The notes under the pieces are model-generated. The model was given only the letters and a program-made list of their open reading frames with translations. It ran no database searches and was not told the origin of the DNA. The position numbers and the translations under genes were made by a program. From an uncultured Acidobacteriota bacterium (GTDB lineage Bacteria; Acidobacteriota; Terriglobia; UBA7540): 64,000 bases of DNA. The stretch is taken from NCBI GenBank assembly GCA_963804995.1, contig CAWDSK010000001.1, forward strand, positions 576,001 through 640,000, written 5' to 3'. Below are positions 1 to 9,828 of the stretch, piece by piece. Every line of letters starts with the position of its first letter. Position 1 is the first letter of the stretch.

Positions 1-875
1 ACCCAACTCGCCTCCATCTCCAGCCGGCGCGGCGCGCCCGTGGAACCGTAAGAGGCCTGGAAGAAGCGCACTCCCTGGTAAGTCAGCGGATCGTTCACAG
101 AGATCTGTTTGTGCGCCACCTCGTGGCCATTTTCTTCCACCGCCAGGCGGCTCCAATACTGTTGCGGTGAACCGTCAGGGTAACGGTCCATACCTGCCGC
201 GTCGCAGCGGATCGTGAATGCCAGGCGTCGCGGCGTGCCCGGCATGGACAAAGGGTCGACCGTGTCGGTACGCATTCCCGGCTTCAAGTTTATAAATCCC
301 CGGTAGCCGTGCGAGCCGTCAATGATTGCCCCCAAGAAAATCACCAACAGACTGGCATGAACCACATAAGGAGCCAGACGCGCCATGCGGTGCTTCTCAA
401 TGTAGAGTGTTCCCTGGGCTAAGGGTTCCGGACGTGGCGGGTAACCGAGGGACCGCAGATGGCGGTTAGCCACCGCCACGGCTTCCGCCGGAGTGTGCTT
501 GTCCAGAGGAATCTCACGCTGGAACGGCAGGGCACGGACGAAGACTGCGTCCGCCGAGAGGTGGGGCCGGACGTACAGTCGCCATACTTGCGGGAACCGC
601 TCGATCGAGGCCAGGGTGATATTGGCTCCGAGCAACCCTAAGAGAAGTATGAACCACCAGGTATGGAAAACGTCGAACAGACCCAACGCGTTAAGCAGCC
701 GGAGCGTGTGCGGAGCATAGATCTGCTCAATCTGCCCTTCCTGGGCCATAGGCTTTTGGAGAATTAGCGTCCCCAAGGTAACGGCCACGCCTAAGAAGCC
801 AAGCAGTAGCAAGCCGCATTTCAGCGAGCTGAAGAATTGCAAGAACTTATCCAGACTTGATTGCCCTTTGACCAT
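1..875 (-). CDS. Cytochrome c biogenesis protein, ResB/Ccs1 family (5' part; runs off window edge)
   Basis: Manual translation from ATG at 875: MVKGQSSLDKFLQFFSSLKCGLLLLGFLGVAVTLGTLILQ...LGLFDVFHTWWFILLLGLLGANITLASIERFP, the typical ResB N-terminal TM pattern; later YVVHASLLVIFLG. Confidence 0.8.
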   Translation of the reverse strand, partial: MVKGQSSLDKFLQFFSSLKCGLLLLGFLGVAVTLGTLILQKPMAQEGQIEQIYAPHTLRLLNALGLFDVFHTWWFILLLGLLGANITLASIERFPQVWRLYVRPHLSADAVFVRALPFQREIPLDKHTPAEAVAVANRHLRSLGYPPRPEPLAQGTLYIEKHRMARLAPYVVHASLLVIFLGAIIDGSHGYRGFINLKPGMRTDTVDPLSMPGTPRRLAFTIRCDAAGMDRYPDGSPQQYWSRLAVEENGHEVAHKQISVNDPLTYQGVRFFQASYGSTGAPRRLEMEASW

Positions 876-1222
876 TAATCGCTCCTGCCGGTAATCGAAG
901 TGCCGTCCTAAAGGGCGGCGCTACAGCACAACATTCGGCATCTCTATTGCCAACCGGGAAAAATTGTCCGGTTCCTCTATTCCCTTGAAAATGGGCAAGA
1001 AATCGGTCTGGATTTACTCCGCAGGTGAGTTTCCGACGACTTGGCGGGTTGAAATCTTGGGGCAAAAGCCTCATGGAATTGTGTGTGGATGCGCAATTTG
1101 TCCGCTTTCTGAACGTTAAATAAGTCCGCTTTCCCTATCTTTCAACAACATCTGAGTGGACAGAAAGGAACTCAAAATGCTGACAAAAGGGCGGTGCCGA
1201 AACGTTTTTTGGCTAGGAGACT

Positions 1223-1522
1223 ATGATGAAACCTTTTACTACCATGCCAGGCTCGACCGATGCGAAGGACTTTGTTGGGGGGCCGAGGGCTGTTGTTCCT
1301 ATTAAGGAGGTTACACCCATGGAGATGCAACCCACCTTCACGCTCACGTTCTCCGTCGGAACATCCATGCGGGAAATCCACGATACCGTCATCAAGACGA
1401 TTCTGCAGTACACGCGCCACAATCGCCTGCGTGCCGCTCAACTTCTGCAGATCAACCCCCGCACGATCCGGCGTCGCTTGGGCAAGAAGGAAGCAGCTGC
1501 GGCAGCAGTCCGCGCGGCTTAA
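1223..1522 (+). CDS. Small Fis-like helix-turn-helix protein
   Basis: AGGAG RBS; C-terminal IKTILQYTRHNRLRAAQLLQINPRTIRRRL is a Fis/NtrC-type HTH. Confidence 0.7.
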   Translation: MMKPFTTMPGSTDAKDFVGGPRAVVPIKEVTPMEMQPTFTLTFSVGTSMREIHDTVIKTILQYTRHNRLRAAQLLQINPRTIRRRLGKKEAAAAAVRAA

Positions 1523-1771
1523 TACTTTTTATAGTTGTTACCACGGCTCCCGCCTCGGTGTGAGACGAGTGTCAATCCCTTGCAGTCCCTTCTGCCGGAT
1601 TCGCCCCGTTACCTCGTTGAGGCGGGTTAGCTAAGCATGCATGACAGAGTGTCATGTCCCCTGCCCGGCTTTCCCCTTCCCCCATAGGAAACCTTCCAGG
1701 ATTGGTGACTTACGTGCTCCTTGATTAATCGATCGTCTACTGAGCAGATTCACACGTTTGGATTTTGAGAT

Positions 1772-2245
1772 ATGTGGGATGCAGTCGAACAGCCCGGGTG
1801 GAAGGCAGAGAGTCCGGAGGAGAGGGAACCTCGGGGTGAGGTAATAACCGGCCGTATCCTGATTATCGACGACGACCCTCATTTCCTGAGAATTCTCCAA
1901 CGCATCCTCTCCGGTGAGCAGTTTGGTGTCACCGCGACCTCGAACTCCTGTGAGGCCATAGAACTTCTGCGTTCCAGCAATTTCGATTTGGCCATATGCG
2001 ATTTACGGATGCCTGATTGTGACGGTCTCAGCATTCTGCAGGCCCTCCGCAGCGGGGGGAGCGAGATTCCTGTGATTATCCTAACCGCGTATGGCGAGGT
2101 GGATACGTACCTCGAAGCCATGAACGCGGGCGCCACCGAATACCTGAACAAGCCCATTAAGTCTGAAGAACTGGTGCGGGTTGTCCGCAATTGCCTCCGC
2201 AAAGGTAATCACCGCCGCAACTCCAAGCGCCCCAACAACGTCTAG
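1772..2245 (+). CDS. Single-domain response regulator (receiver)
   Basis: ILIIDDD, DLRMP (phospho-Asp), ILTAYG and YLNKP receiver motifs; start uncertain. Confidence 0.85.
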   Translation: MWDAVEQPGWKAESPEEREPRGEVITGRILIIDDDPHFLRILQRILSGEQFGVTATSNSCEAIELLRSSNFDLAICDLRMPDCDGLSILQALRSGGSEIPVIILTAYGEVDTYLEAMNAGATEYLNKPIKSEELVRVVRNCLRKGNHRRNSKRPNNV

Positions 2246-2406
2246 AACCCCTCTTTTTTCGCGCTATAGCGCCCCTGTAAATCGTGCTTCCACCCACATG
2301 CTCTGCGTGAAGGCTCACGGAAGTGGGCGTATTGGGGAATGCCGGGTGCGTTTTAACGACGCTGACTGCCTGGGAGCCGTTATGACTATTTGTGGATGAG
2401 GTGGCC

Positions 2407-2570
2407 GTAGCACAGCCACTCCTGGCTGTGTCTCCAAGCTCTGAACCTTGAGCCGCAGTCACAGGCAGGAGTGCCTGTGCACCCTGCGCGGCTTGCTTCT
2501 TCGCTTCGATCCATTTGCTCAAAGGGCGCACGAAGAACCGCAGACCTCAACGGCGGAGGTCTGCGCTACA
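2407..2570. repeat. GTAG-type REP-like palindromes
   Basis: GTAGCACAGCCACTCCTGGCTGTG (also at ~55083 and ~55349) and CCGCAGACCTCAACGGCGGAGGTCTGCGCTAC (same unit as in the 38.7-39.3 kb array). Confidence 0.7.
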
Positions 2571-2578
2571 CAATCCTG

Positions 2579-4978
2579 CTAAACCTTCAACTCCACAATC
2601 GTTGCGCCTGCCCCGCCTTCCTGTTGTGACGCGGGGTAGAATTTTTCCACTTGGGGGTGACTTGAAAACATTTCATGCAGGGTCTTCCGCAAAATGCCTT
2701 TACCGAAACCGTGAATAATGCGCACCCGGGAACGGCCACCGAGAAACGCCTGGTCGAGAAACTTGTCCACGCGCTCGCGGGCCTCTTCCGCTGTGTTACC
2801 TATGACGTTGAATTCTTCCGAAACCTCCGGCGTGCTCCCGGCGGGGGCCGTCGCTTCCGGAGCCGTGGCGCCACCCGGCAGAAGCGGCCGGACCTCCTCC
2901 TTGCGGACGCGCATCTTGAGGTTGCCGATCGCCACTTCCAGGTTTTCCCCATCGAGCAAAGCCGTCACCGTCCCGGGGGTTGAGATATTCGGCAACTGCA
3001 CGCGGTCACCGACCGCCAGCAGCCTCACTACCGGCGTCGCCTCGGGTGTTTCCGAGGGCATGCCCAGAGCCTCCAGCACCTGCGCATTCCATTCTTCCCG
3101 AGCCTCGTGCACCAGGACCGTGGCTTTCCGCTCGCCCCGCGCCACCACCTTGGCGGGCGCCGCCTGCTTGCGCAACTCTTCGAGGGACTGCTCCCAATCC
3201 TTGGCGTACTGGCGGAGCGTGCTCTCCAGGCGGGAATCGAGTTCGCGCAATTTCGCCCGGCGGTCGCGTTCGAATTGCTGCTCCAACTTTTCGTGCTGCG
3301 CGGTCAACTCCTTCCGCTCCTCCACCAGGGTTTCGATGCGGCGCTCCATCTCCGTGCGTTGCTGGTGCAACCCGGCCACCAGGGCGGCCGCTTCCGCGTC
3401 CGCCGGATGGAGGAGCGACCGCGCTTTCTCCACGATCGAGGGCTCCAGTCCCAGGCGCGCCGCAATATCCAGCGCACTGGACTTGCCCGGCAATCCCACC
3501 AGCAATCGATAGGTGGGCTGGAGCGTGGCTTCATCAAACTCCATCGCGGCGTTCACGGCCGCCGCGGTCTCCGCCGCGTAAGCCTTCAGGCGCGAATGGT
3601 GCGTGCTCACGAGTGTCATCGAGCCACGCTCGCGAAAGTGTTCGAGGATGGCCACAGCCAGCGCCGCCCCTTCGTTGGGCTCCGTGCTGGCGCCGATTTC
3701 ATCGAGCAGGACCAGGTCGTTCCGGTCGCCCACTTGCGCCATGGCCTCGATATTCGTCACGTGCGCGGAAAACGTGCTGAGGTTCGCCGCGATGGATTGC
3801 TGGTCGCCGATGTCAGCCAGCACGCGCCCGAAGAGCGGCAGCTTGGCTTCGCTCGCGGGCACAGGGATCCCTGCCTGCGCCATGAGCACCGTAATCCCCA
3901 GAGTTTTGAGCGCCACGGTTTTTCCGCCCGTATTCGGCCCGCTGATAATCATGAGGGTGTGGGGCGCCTTCAGTTCCAGGCTCATGGGTACCGGCTGGCG
4001 TCGCTGGCTGCGCAGGGTCTTTACGAGCAGCGGGTGACGCACCTCGTGCAGCCACAGGTCTCGCTCCTCGCGGAATTCCGGAATGCAGCAGTCGTATTGG
4101 CGGCTGAATTCTCCCTTGGCGAAAGCCAGATCGATTTCGCTTACGATATCGGTGGCCCTGTTCAGGTCTTCGCGCCGCTCCTGTAATTTGCGGCTGTACT
4201 CGCCCAGGATGCGCTGCACCTCCTCAAACTCGCGGTCCTGCAATTCCACAAGTTCGTTGTTAATCCCCAGGGTCTCCAGGGGCTCAATGTAAACCGTGGC
4301 GCCCGAGGAACTGGTTCCGTGCACGACGCCTTGCACGCGGCGCTTGTCTTCCACGCGCACGGGAATCACAAAGCGGTCGTTACGGATAGTCACCACGGCG
4401 TCTTGCAGAACGTCCTCCTGCGCAAAGCGCCGCAACATGCGCTCCAGGCTCGACTGGATTTCCATCTTCAGCCGCTCGATGGACCGCCGGATTCGCGCGA
4501 GCTCCGGGCTGGCCGTGGATTCGAGCGTGCCATCGGGATTGATCTTCCCGCCCAGCTCCGCGACGAGACTGCGGAAATCCGGCAGGGTACGCGCCAGTTC
4601 CGCCAGGCGCGGCGTGGGGTGCTTCGCGAACGTCCGGTACATATCCAGCGCCCCGCGCGCCACCTCCACCACCGCCAGAATCTCCAGCGCCTCGAGCGCC
4701 ATGCCTTCCACGCGCAGCTTGTCAAGCAGGGGACGCGGGTCGTGCAACCCTCCCAGGCTGGGGCGAGGGCTCTCCCGCAGATAATCGTGCGTCTCACGTG
4801 CCAGTTCCAGATCCTGCCGCAGCCGGGCAAGATTCGCGTGCGGCTCAACCCGCCGAAGGAGCGGCTCACTGATCGGCCCGGAAAGATAGCCGTGCAGCAA
4901 CTCGATGACGGCGGCGAATTCCAGCACCTCGCGCGAGAAGGGATCGATCGGCTTGCGGGTCAATTCGGGCTCAGACAT
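2579..4978 (-). CDS. mutS2: Endonuclease MutS2
   Basis: Walker A GPNTGGKT, LSTFSAH, LLDEIG, coiled coil, KOW region and C-terminal Smr domain (IIHGFGKGILR); ATG at 4978 preferred. Confidence 0.95.
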   Translation of the reverse strand: MSEPELTRKPIDPFSREVLEFAAVIELLHGYLSGPISEPLLRRVEPHANLARLRQDLELARETHDYLRESPRPSLGGLHDPRPLLDKLRVEGMALEALEILAVVEVARGALDMYRTFAKHPTPRLAELARTLPDFRSLVAELGGKINPDGTLESTASPELARIRRSIERLKMEIQSSLERMLRRFAQEDVLQDAVVTIRNDRFVIPVRVEDKRRVQGVVHGTSSSGATVYIEPLETLGINNELVELQDREFEEVQRILGEYSRKLQERREDLNRATDIVSEIDLAFAKGEFSRQYDCCIPEFREERDLWLHEVRHPLLVKTLRSQRRQPVPMSLELKAPHTLMIISGPNTGGKTVALKTLGITVLMAQAGIPVPASEAKLPLFGRVLADIGDQQSIAANLSTFSAHVTNIEAMAQVGDRNDLVLLDEIGASTEPNEGAALAVAILEHFRERGSMTLVSTHHSRLKAYAAETAAAVNAAMEFDEATLQPTYRLLVGLPGKSSALDIAARLGLEPSIVEKARSLLHPADAEAAALVAGLHQQRTEMERRIETLVEERKELTAQHEKLEQQFERDRRAKLRELDSRLESTLRQYAKDWEQSLEELRKQAAPAKVVARGERKATVLVHEAREEWNAQVLEALGMPSETPEATPVVRLLAVGDRVQLPNISTPGTVTALLDGENLEVAIGNLKMRVRKEEVRPLLPGGATAPEATAPAGSTPEVSEEFNVIGNTAEEARERVDKFLDQAFLGGRSRVRIIHGFGKGILRKTLHEMFSSHPQVEKFYPASQQEGGAGATIVELKV

Positions 4979-5280
4979 GGTGGTGCGGTCATTGTAGCAG
5001 AGGCGGGGATGGGGAGTAGGCCGTAGGCAGCGAGCGGTAAGCCAGGGGCGCGGGATGCGAAGCTTTGGAGTGCGGCAGCTTGCTGCCGCTTTCCTCCCCG
5101 CGAGCTTGCTCGCGGCAATCTTCAACGTGGGCTCTATCGAGCCACGGCACGGCCAGCAAGCTGGCCTCTGGACTTTGGCCTTTAACTAGATAAAGGCTGT
5201 CGGAAAGTATTTACTTGCAGAAAAGCCAGTCTTCTGATATCTAGTTATATGACTAGATATTCCTCAAGGAGGCTTTTCTC

Positions 5281-5568
5281 ATGGGGTTCCCTACCAAAGT
5301 ACAGCTTATCAAACGCCAGGCGAGCGAGCAGTGGTACATCAACTTTCCTTCCGCCCTCGCCCAAGCCATGGAGTTTGCGCGCGGCGAATCGGTCGAATGG
5401 TTCGTCGAAAACAAAGGTCTGCTGGCCCTGCGACGAGCCTCGCCGCCGCCTTCCGTGCTAAAAAAAACTCTACCGGCGTCCTCGCCGAACTCGAACAACT
5501 CTGGAGCCAATGTTTCCCGGGCTTCCGCCAGCGCCGCGTTGCCGCGCACGCCCAAGCCCTCGCGCTGA
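5281..5568 (+). CDS. IS ORF A, AbrB/MazE-like DNA-binding domain
   Basis: AAGGAGG RBS; QWYINFPSALAQAMEFARGESVEWFVE resembles the AbrB swapped hairpin; A8 run at 5460-5467. Confidence 0.65.
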   Translation: MGFPTKVQLIKRQASEQWYINFPSALAQAMEFARGESVEWFVENKGLLALRRASPPPSVLKKTLPASSPNSNNSGANVSRASASAALPRTPKPSR

Positions 5569-6908
5569 GCACCTTGCTTTGTCTGGGACGCCATACCGTG
5601 ACCGGTCTGCTCACCACTTGCGGCCTGCAGTTCCGTGACTGGACCTCCAGTTACCGGCTCTTCTCCCAGCACCGTCTGCGGGTTGAGGCGCTCTTCTCCG
5701 TGGTGCGCCGCGCGGTGGTGAGCGAACTCGCACCCGGCGCTCCCGTCTGCGCCCTCCTCGATGACTCGCTGTTGCGTCGTTCCGGTCGGCGCACTCCCGG
5801 GGTGGCTTGGCGCCGCGACCCGCTGGGCCCGCGCTTTCAAACCAACTTCGTGCGCGCCCAGCGTTTTCTTCAAACCTCCCTCGCGCTCCCCACTCCCGAC
5901 GGCTCCTGCCGCTTGCTCCCCATTGCTTTCCGCCATGCCCCCACGCCCCGCAAGCCTTCCCGGCAGGCCCCCGCCGCCGAGCAGCAGCAGTACCGCACCC
6001 AAGCGCGCGCTGCCCGCCTCGGTCAACGCGCCAGCGAACAGATCCACGATCTGCGTGCGGCCCTTGACTCCGATCCCGCCTCCGCTTCGCGCCTTCTCCT
6101 CGTCGCCTTCGATGGCGGATACACCAACCGCACCGTCCTCAAACGCCTTCCTCCCCATACCACCGCCATCGGCCGGCTCCGCAAAGATGCTCAGTTGCTG
6201 TTCCGGCCCGATCCCCAAACCCAAAAGGCGCGCGGTCGCCGTCTCTGCTACGGGCCTCCCGCTCCCACTCCCGAGCAGGTCCGCACCGACGATGCTCCCT
6301 GGCAGACCTTGACCTTTACCCATCACGGCATTCCCCATCAACTCCGCTTCAAGCGCCGCACCGGCCTCCTGTGGCGTGCCGCCGGCGCCCACCAATTCCT
6401 GCAACTTGTCGTCATCGCGCCGCTCGCCTATCGTCTGCGCCAAGGTTCCAAGCTGCTCTATCGCCAACCCGCCTTCCTCCTCTGCACCGACGAAAACCTC
6501 GACCCCCAACTCCTCATCACAACTTACTTCCAACGCTGGGACATTGAAGTTAATTTCCGCGATGAAAAAACTCTGCTGGGAGTGGGCCAAGCCCAGGTCC
6601 GCTCCCCCCATTCGGTCGAGTCTGCCCCCGCCTTCACCGTGGCCGCCTATGCCCTCTTGCTCCTCGCTACCCATCGCGCCTTCGCCCGTACCCGCCACGG
6701 CCTGCTGCCGCGCCCCAAGTGGATCCACGCTGCCCCCACTGCCCGCATCTCCACCCAACACGCCATCCATCAACTGCGCGCCGAGGTCTGGGGCCGGGGA
6801 CTGGGTCTCGATCATTTCTCCGGCTTCGCGCCTCCCCAACCCTCTACAACGAAGCCCCAGAATTGTACCTTCCCCCTCGCCTCCGCCCTCTGCTACGCCA
6901 ATGCTTGA
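5331..6908 (+). CDS. IS ORF B, DDE transposase (probably expressed by -1 frameshift from ORF A)
   Basis: LLDDS, AFDGGY, YFQRWDIEVNFRDEK (Y-R-E-K motif); lies in the -1 frame relative to ORF A. Confidence 0.85.
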   Translation: MVHQLSFRPRPSHGVCARRIGRMVRRKQRSAGPATSLAAAFRAKKNSTGVLAELEQLWSQCFPGFRQRRVAAHAQALALSTLLCLGRHTVTGLLTTCGLQFRDWTSSYRLFSQHRLRVEALFSVVRRAVVSELAPGAPVCALLDDSLLRRSGRRTPGVAWRRDPLGPRFQTNFVRAQRFLQTSLALPTPDGSCRLLPIAFRHAPTPRKPSRQAPAAEQQQYRTQARAARLGQRASEQIHDLRAALDSDPASASRLLLVAFDGGYTNRTVLKRLPPHTTAIGRLRKDAQLLFRPDPQTQKARGRRLCYGPPAPTPEQVRTDDAPWQTLTFTHHGIPHQLRFKRRTGLLWRAAGAHQFLQLVVIAPLAYRLRQGSKLLYRQPAFLLCTDENLDPQLLITTYFQRWDIEVNFRDEKTLLGVGQAQVRSPHSVESAPAFTVAAYALLLLATHRAFARTRHGLLPRPKWIHAAPTARISTQHAIHQLRAEVWGRGLGLDHFSGFAPPQPSTTKPQNCTFPLASALCYANA

Positions 6909-6992
6909 ACTGCAAAAGGCCAAAGGCCAGCGGCCAGCAAGCTGGCCTGACCAAAAACGGTAGCAAGCTGCCGCACTCCAAAGAAGGGGCTC

Positions 6993-7550
6993 CTAAACCG
7001 ACTGCGCCTCGTCTTCCTCGATTTCGGGGAGCATTTCCGCGGGCTCGCTCTTGGGCAGGTCTGTAGCGGACGACTTCTTGCCGCGCCGCATGGCCACGAT
7101 TCCCGTGCGCACCATTTCCATGACACCGTAAGGGCGAAGCGCGTCCAGGAGCCCATCGATCTTGTCCTCGGCGCCGGTGATTTCAATGGTCAGCGACTCC
7201 GGTGAAACATCCACGACGCGGGCCCGGAACACTCCCACCAACTGAAGAAGGTGAGAACGCTCATCGTGCTTGGCCGCCACTTTGATCATGGCCAGGTCGC
7301 GGACGATGGCGCGCGTGTGGGTGAGGTTTTCCACCAGCAGAACGTTGACCAGCTTGTACAGGCTCGCCTCGATGCGGCGCGCCTGATCCTGGTCAGCGTC
7401 CACCGTGATGGTCATGCGTGAGACTTCCGGCTTCTCCGTCCGCCCCACGGTCAGCGAATCGATGTTAAAGGCTCGGCGCCGGAACAGCGACGCCACCCGG
7501 GTCAACACGCCCGGCTTGTTTTCGACATGCACCACAAAAGTTCTTAGCAT
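6993..7550 (-). CDS. ilvN: Acetolactate synthase small (regulatory) subunit
   Basis: ENKPGVLTRVASLFRRRAFNIDSL ACT domain; EMVRTG; downstream of ilvB. Confidence 0.95.
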   Translation of the reverse strand: MLRTFVVHVENKPGVLTRVASLFRRRAFNIDSLTVGRTEKPEVSRMTITVDADQDQARRIEASLYKLVNVLLVENLTHTRAIVRDLAMIKVAAKHDERSHLLQLVGVFRARVVDVSPESLTIEITGAEDKIDGLLDALRPYGVMEMVRTGIVAMRRGKKSSATDLPKSEPAEMLPEIEEDEAQSV

Positions 7551-7556
7551 AGGGGC

Positions 7557-9269
7557 CTATGAATCCTCGGCAGTCTCGACCAGCGGGTTGGGCCGGCGAA
7601 TCATCTCGTGCAGTCCGGCTCCGGCCGCTACCATGGGATAAACCGAATCTTCCTGTTCAACCTGGAAATCAATCAGCACCGGCCCGTTATGGGCGCGCGC
7701 CGCTTGTACGGCAGGCACAACTTCAGCCCGCTTGGTCACGGTGACGCCCCGAATGCCGTAAGCCTCAGCCAGCTTGGCAAAATTCGGGCTCAGCAAGGGC
7801 GTCGACTCATAGTTGCGATCGTAAAAGAATTCCTGCCACTGGCGTACCATGCCCAGGTAGCCGTTGTTGATGATGGCAATGTGAATCTTCAGCTTTTCCT
7901 GCACCATCGTGGCCAGTTCGGCCATGGTCATTTGGAATCCACCGTCACCCACCACCACCCACACCTCAGCCTCCGGGCGCGCCACCTTCACACCAATGGC
8001 GGCGGGCAAGGCGAATCCCATCGTGCCCAATCCGCCGGAAGTGATCAAGGAACGCGGATCCTCGTGCTTGAAGTATTGGGCCTCCCACATCTGGTGTTGG
8101 CCCACGTCGGTCACCACCACGGCGGTGCCGCCGCGGGTTTCGCGCCAGAGGTCATTGATTACGTGCGCGGCGTAAAGGTGGCCGCTGTCGGGCAGGTTCT
8201 GGATGTCGCGCACGGAGGAATCCCCCCGCAGAGCGTCGATGTGACTCCGCCACTCACTGCAGTCGATGGGCTCGATGCGGGGCAGGAGTCCGCGCAGGAT
8301 TTCCTTGAGATCGCCAATCAGGGCCACATCCACCTTCACGTTCTTGTTGATCTCGGTAGGATCGATGTCCACATGAATTTTTTTGGCCTGGGGCGCGTAG
8401 GTCTTCAGGTTCCCCGTGACCCGGTCATCAAAGCGCATGCCCAGCGCCAGCAACAAGTCGGCTTCCTGGATCGCGTGGTTCACCCAGGCTTCGCCATGCA
8501 TGCCCATCATGCCGAGATTCAGCGGGTGCGAAGCGGGAAAGGCGCCCAGGCCCAGCAGGGTGAGCGTCACCGGAATGCCGGTGCGGTCAACCAGTTCGCG
8601 CACCTGCTGCATCGCTCCGGACTGCAGGATGCCGTGACCGGCCAGAATCAGCGGTCGCTTCGCCTCCTGAATCAGCTTCAAGGCCTTGGCCAATTCCTTC
8701 GCCGTGGGAGACAGATCCGGACGGTACCCCGGCAAGCGAGGCTGCGCCGACTCCCAATCGAATTCACAGGAAGACTGCTGCGCGTCTTTGGTGATGTCGA
8801 TCAGCACGGGGCCGGGACGCCCGGAATTCGCCACATAAAACGCTTCGCGGATGGCGTTCGCCAACTGACTGGCGTGCGTCACCAGGTAATTGTGCTTGGT
8901 GATGGGCAACGTGACGCCGGTGATGTCAGTCTCCTGAAAGGCGTCGGAGCCGATCAGCTTGCTGCCCACTTGCCCCGTGATGCACACGATCGGAGAGGAG
9001 TCCATCATGGCCGTAGCGATGCCGGTGACCATGTTGGTGGCGCCGGGCCCGGAGGTCGCGATGGCCACCCCTACGCGTCCACTGGCCCGCGCGTAGCCGT
9101 CAGCCATGTGCGTCGCGCCCTGCTCGTGCCGCACCAGCACGTGATGGATCTTGCTGTGTTTAAGCGCGTCGTAAGCCGGCAGGATCGCCCCGCCCGGATA
9201 GCCAAACACCGTCTCCACACCCTCGCGCCCCAAGCATTCCCAAAGAATCTCCGCTCCCGTCTTGACCAT
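7557..9269 (-). CDS. ilvB: Acetolactate synthase large subunit
   Basis: FGYPGGAILP, RHEQGA, TSGPGATN, GSDAFQE and GDGGFQM TPP motif. Confidence 0.95.
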   Translation of the reverse strand: MVKTGAEILWECLGREGVETVFGYPGGAILPAYDALKHSKIHHVLVRHEQGATHMADGYARASGRVGVAIATSGPGATNMVTGIATAMMDSSPIVCITGQVGSKLIGSDAFQETDITGVTLPITKHNYLVTHASQLANAIREAFYVANSGRPGPVLIDITKDAQQSSCEFDWESAQPRLPGYRPDLSPTAKELAKALKLIQEAKRPLILAGHGILQSGAMQQVRELVDRTGIPVTLTLLGLGAFPASHPLNLGMMGMHGEAWVNHAIQEADLLLALGMRFDDRVTGNLKTYAPQAKKIHVDIDPTEINKNVKVDVALIGDLKEILRGLLPRIEPIDCSEWRSHIDALRGDSSVRDIQNLPDSGHLYAAHVINDLWRETRGGTAVVVTDVGQHQMWEAQYFKHEDPRSLITSGGLGTMGFALPAAIGVKVARPEAEVWVVVGDGGFQMTMAELATMVQEKLKIHIAIINNGYLGMVRQWQEFFYDRNYESTPLLSPNFAKLAEAYGIRGVTVTKRAEVVPAVQAARAHNGPVLIDFQVEQEDSVYPMVAAGAGLHEMIRRPNPLVETAEDS

Positions 9270-9502
9270 ATGCTTCACTTCCTTCTTGAATCTACGGCTG
9301 CTCTTGCCCGGAATAAGCTAGCCCCGCCATTGTACAATGGGTGCGCGTCCAATGGGGCAGTTCCATAAAACGCCGGCAGAGGGGCCTGCCGCATCGTTGA
9401 TCACTTAAGGGTAGCCAAGGTATACTACCGACCAGTCGGTAGGCATCTTATCAAGAGGGCCTTCCCGCGTCAACTTCTATTTTGATGGTCTCCTAGTTTG
9501 AA

Positions 9503-9752
9503 CGTAGCGCCGACCTTTAGGTCGGCACATGCTGACCTAAAGGTCGGCGCTGCTTTATTTTTCTCGCCGAAGGATTTTTGTAGGTGAGAATCGTTGCGGG
9601 TTTTACAGGCTGCGGAAAAACGCTCCAATGCTGTCATCCTGAGCGCAGCGAAGGACCCCGGTATTTGAACTTTCAAGCAAATACAGAGGTCCTTCGTCGG
9701 CTTCGCCTCCTCAGGATGACAGTTTGCGGCGTTTTTCCGAAGCCTGTTTAGC
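9503..9752. repeat. Cluster of palindromic intergenic repeats
   Basis: GTAGCGCCGACCTTTAGGTCGGC...GACCTAAAGGTCGGCGCTGC and GTCATCCTGAG...CTCAGGATGAC inverted pairs. Confidence 0.65.
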
Positions 9753-9828
9753 CCGGCATGCTGCCCTCAAAAGCGGCATTACGATATTATATTGCCCAAC
9801 GCTCCCGTTAGGCTTCAAGGAGAAACCT

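Larger units (their letters stand above)
5168..6930 (+). mobile_element. Insertion sequence (IS4/IS701-like DDE superfamily), 1763 bp
   Basis: 16-bp terminal IRs CTGGACTTTGGCCTTT / AAAGGCCAAAGGCCAG (1 mismatch); 18-bp direct repeat CGGCCAGCAAGCTGGCCT at 5150-5167 and 6931-6948. Confidence 0.9.

Noticed and set aside
7608..9368. Long antisense ORFs (also 5253-6923, 11659-12903, 36729-38147, 55481-56857, 57222-58541, 59630-60973)
   Set aside because: Shadow frames opposite well-supported genes, expected in GC-rich DNA; no recognisable motifs
9445..9475. SAM-I riboswitch (CTTATCAAGAG)
   Set aside because: The downstream P2-P4 elements are missing and it is on the opposite strand to ilvB
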